This document shows positions 63,661-64,000 of a stretch of DNA of 64,000 nt, one piece after another (position 1 is the stretch's first letter; the number at the start of each line of letters is the position of its first letter). The notes under the pieces were generated by a model. The model was not told where the DNA came from and made no database searches. It saw only the letters and a list, made by a program, of their open reading frames with translations. Source of the stretch: Lytechinus pictus (Eukaryota); NCBI RefSeq assembly GCF_037042905.1, contig NC_087247.1, positions 31,310,001 to 31,374,000 on the forward strand, written 5' to 3'. Made by a program: the position numbers and the translations under genes.

Positions 63661-64000
63661 GTGAGATTGAAAAGAAACTTTCTAAAAATTATTGTCCATG
63701 ATTGATTGTGAAGAAAACTAGTTCAGTTATACTTGTCTCACAATTGTGGATGATTAGCATGACAATTGAGCTTATAAATCAAATCTTTTCTCTTGGAAAC
63801 TTTTGTCAAATTTTGCTAGCCACAGTTACTCTGAAACTACTGGGCTACATTTTCTAACAGTCTCGTAAATCTGTAGAGAAATATTTCTAGGTGAAAGAAG
63901 ATTCCCAGTTATGACTCTGAAACAAGGAGTTCTGAGCTATCCTCAATCCTTTAAATGTTAAGACACATGGCTTTAAGTGAAATAAGTTTATCTTTATCAC

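Overview
AT-rich animal genomic DNA with spliceosomal introns. The SINE and MITE families look echinoderm/sea-urchin-like, which is an inference. The window is dominated by the 5' part of one + strand gene, a TANC1/TANC2/rolling-pebbles (rols) family scaffold. I assembled 11 GT-AG coding exons by hand (18449-63660, 4119 nt, 1373 codons, open throughout; the gene runs off the right end). They encode an N-terminal Rols7-type RING finger missed by the ORF track, proline-rich exons, the conserved 'LxxRLGFL' motif, a 1.8-kb Q/G/R-rich low-complexity exon and the NACHT-like P-loop NTPase domain. A CpG-rich promoter/first-exon candidate lies at about 1.55-2.46 kb. The introns hold many non-autonomous elements: Tc1/mariner-, Kolobok/T2-, piggyBac- and Harbinger-like MITEs, tRNA-derived SINEs and LINE 3' tails, several nested, plus local duplications. 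The most unusual signal is a large excess of TA-NN-N'N'-TA palindromes (TACATGTA, TAGGCCTA, also TACCGGTA and TAGATCTA). They appear as 6-bp insertions at TA sites inside repeat copies and resemble DNA-transposon excision footprints.
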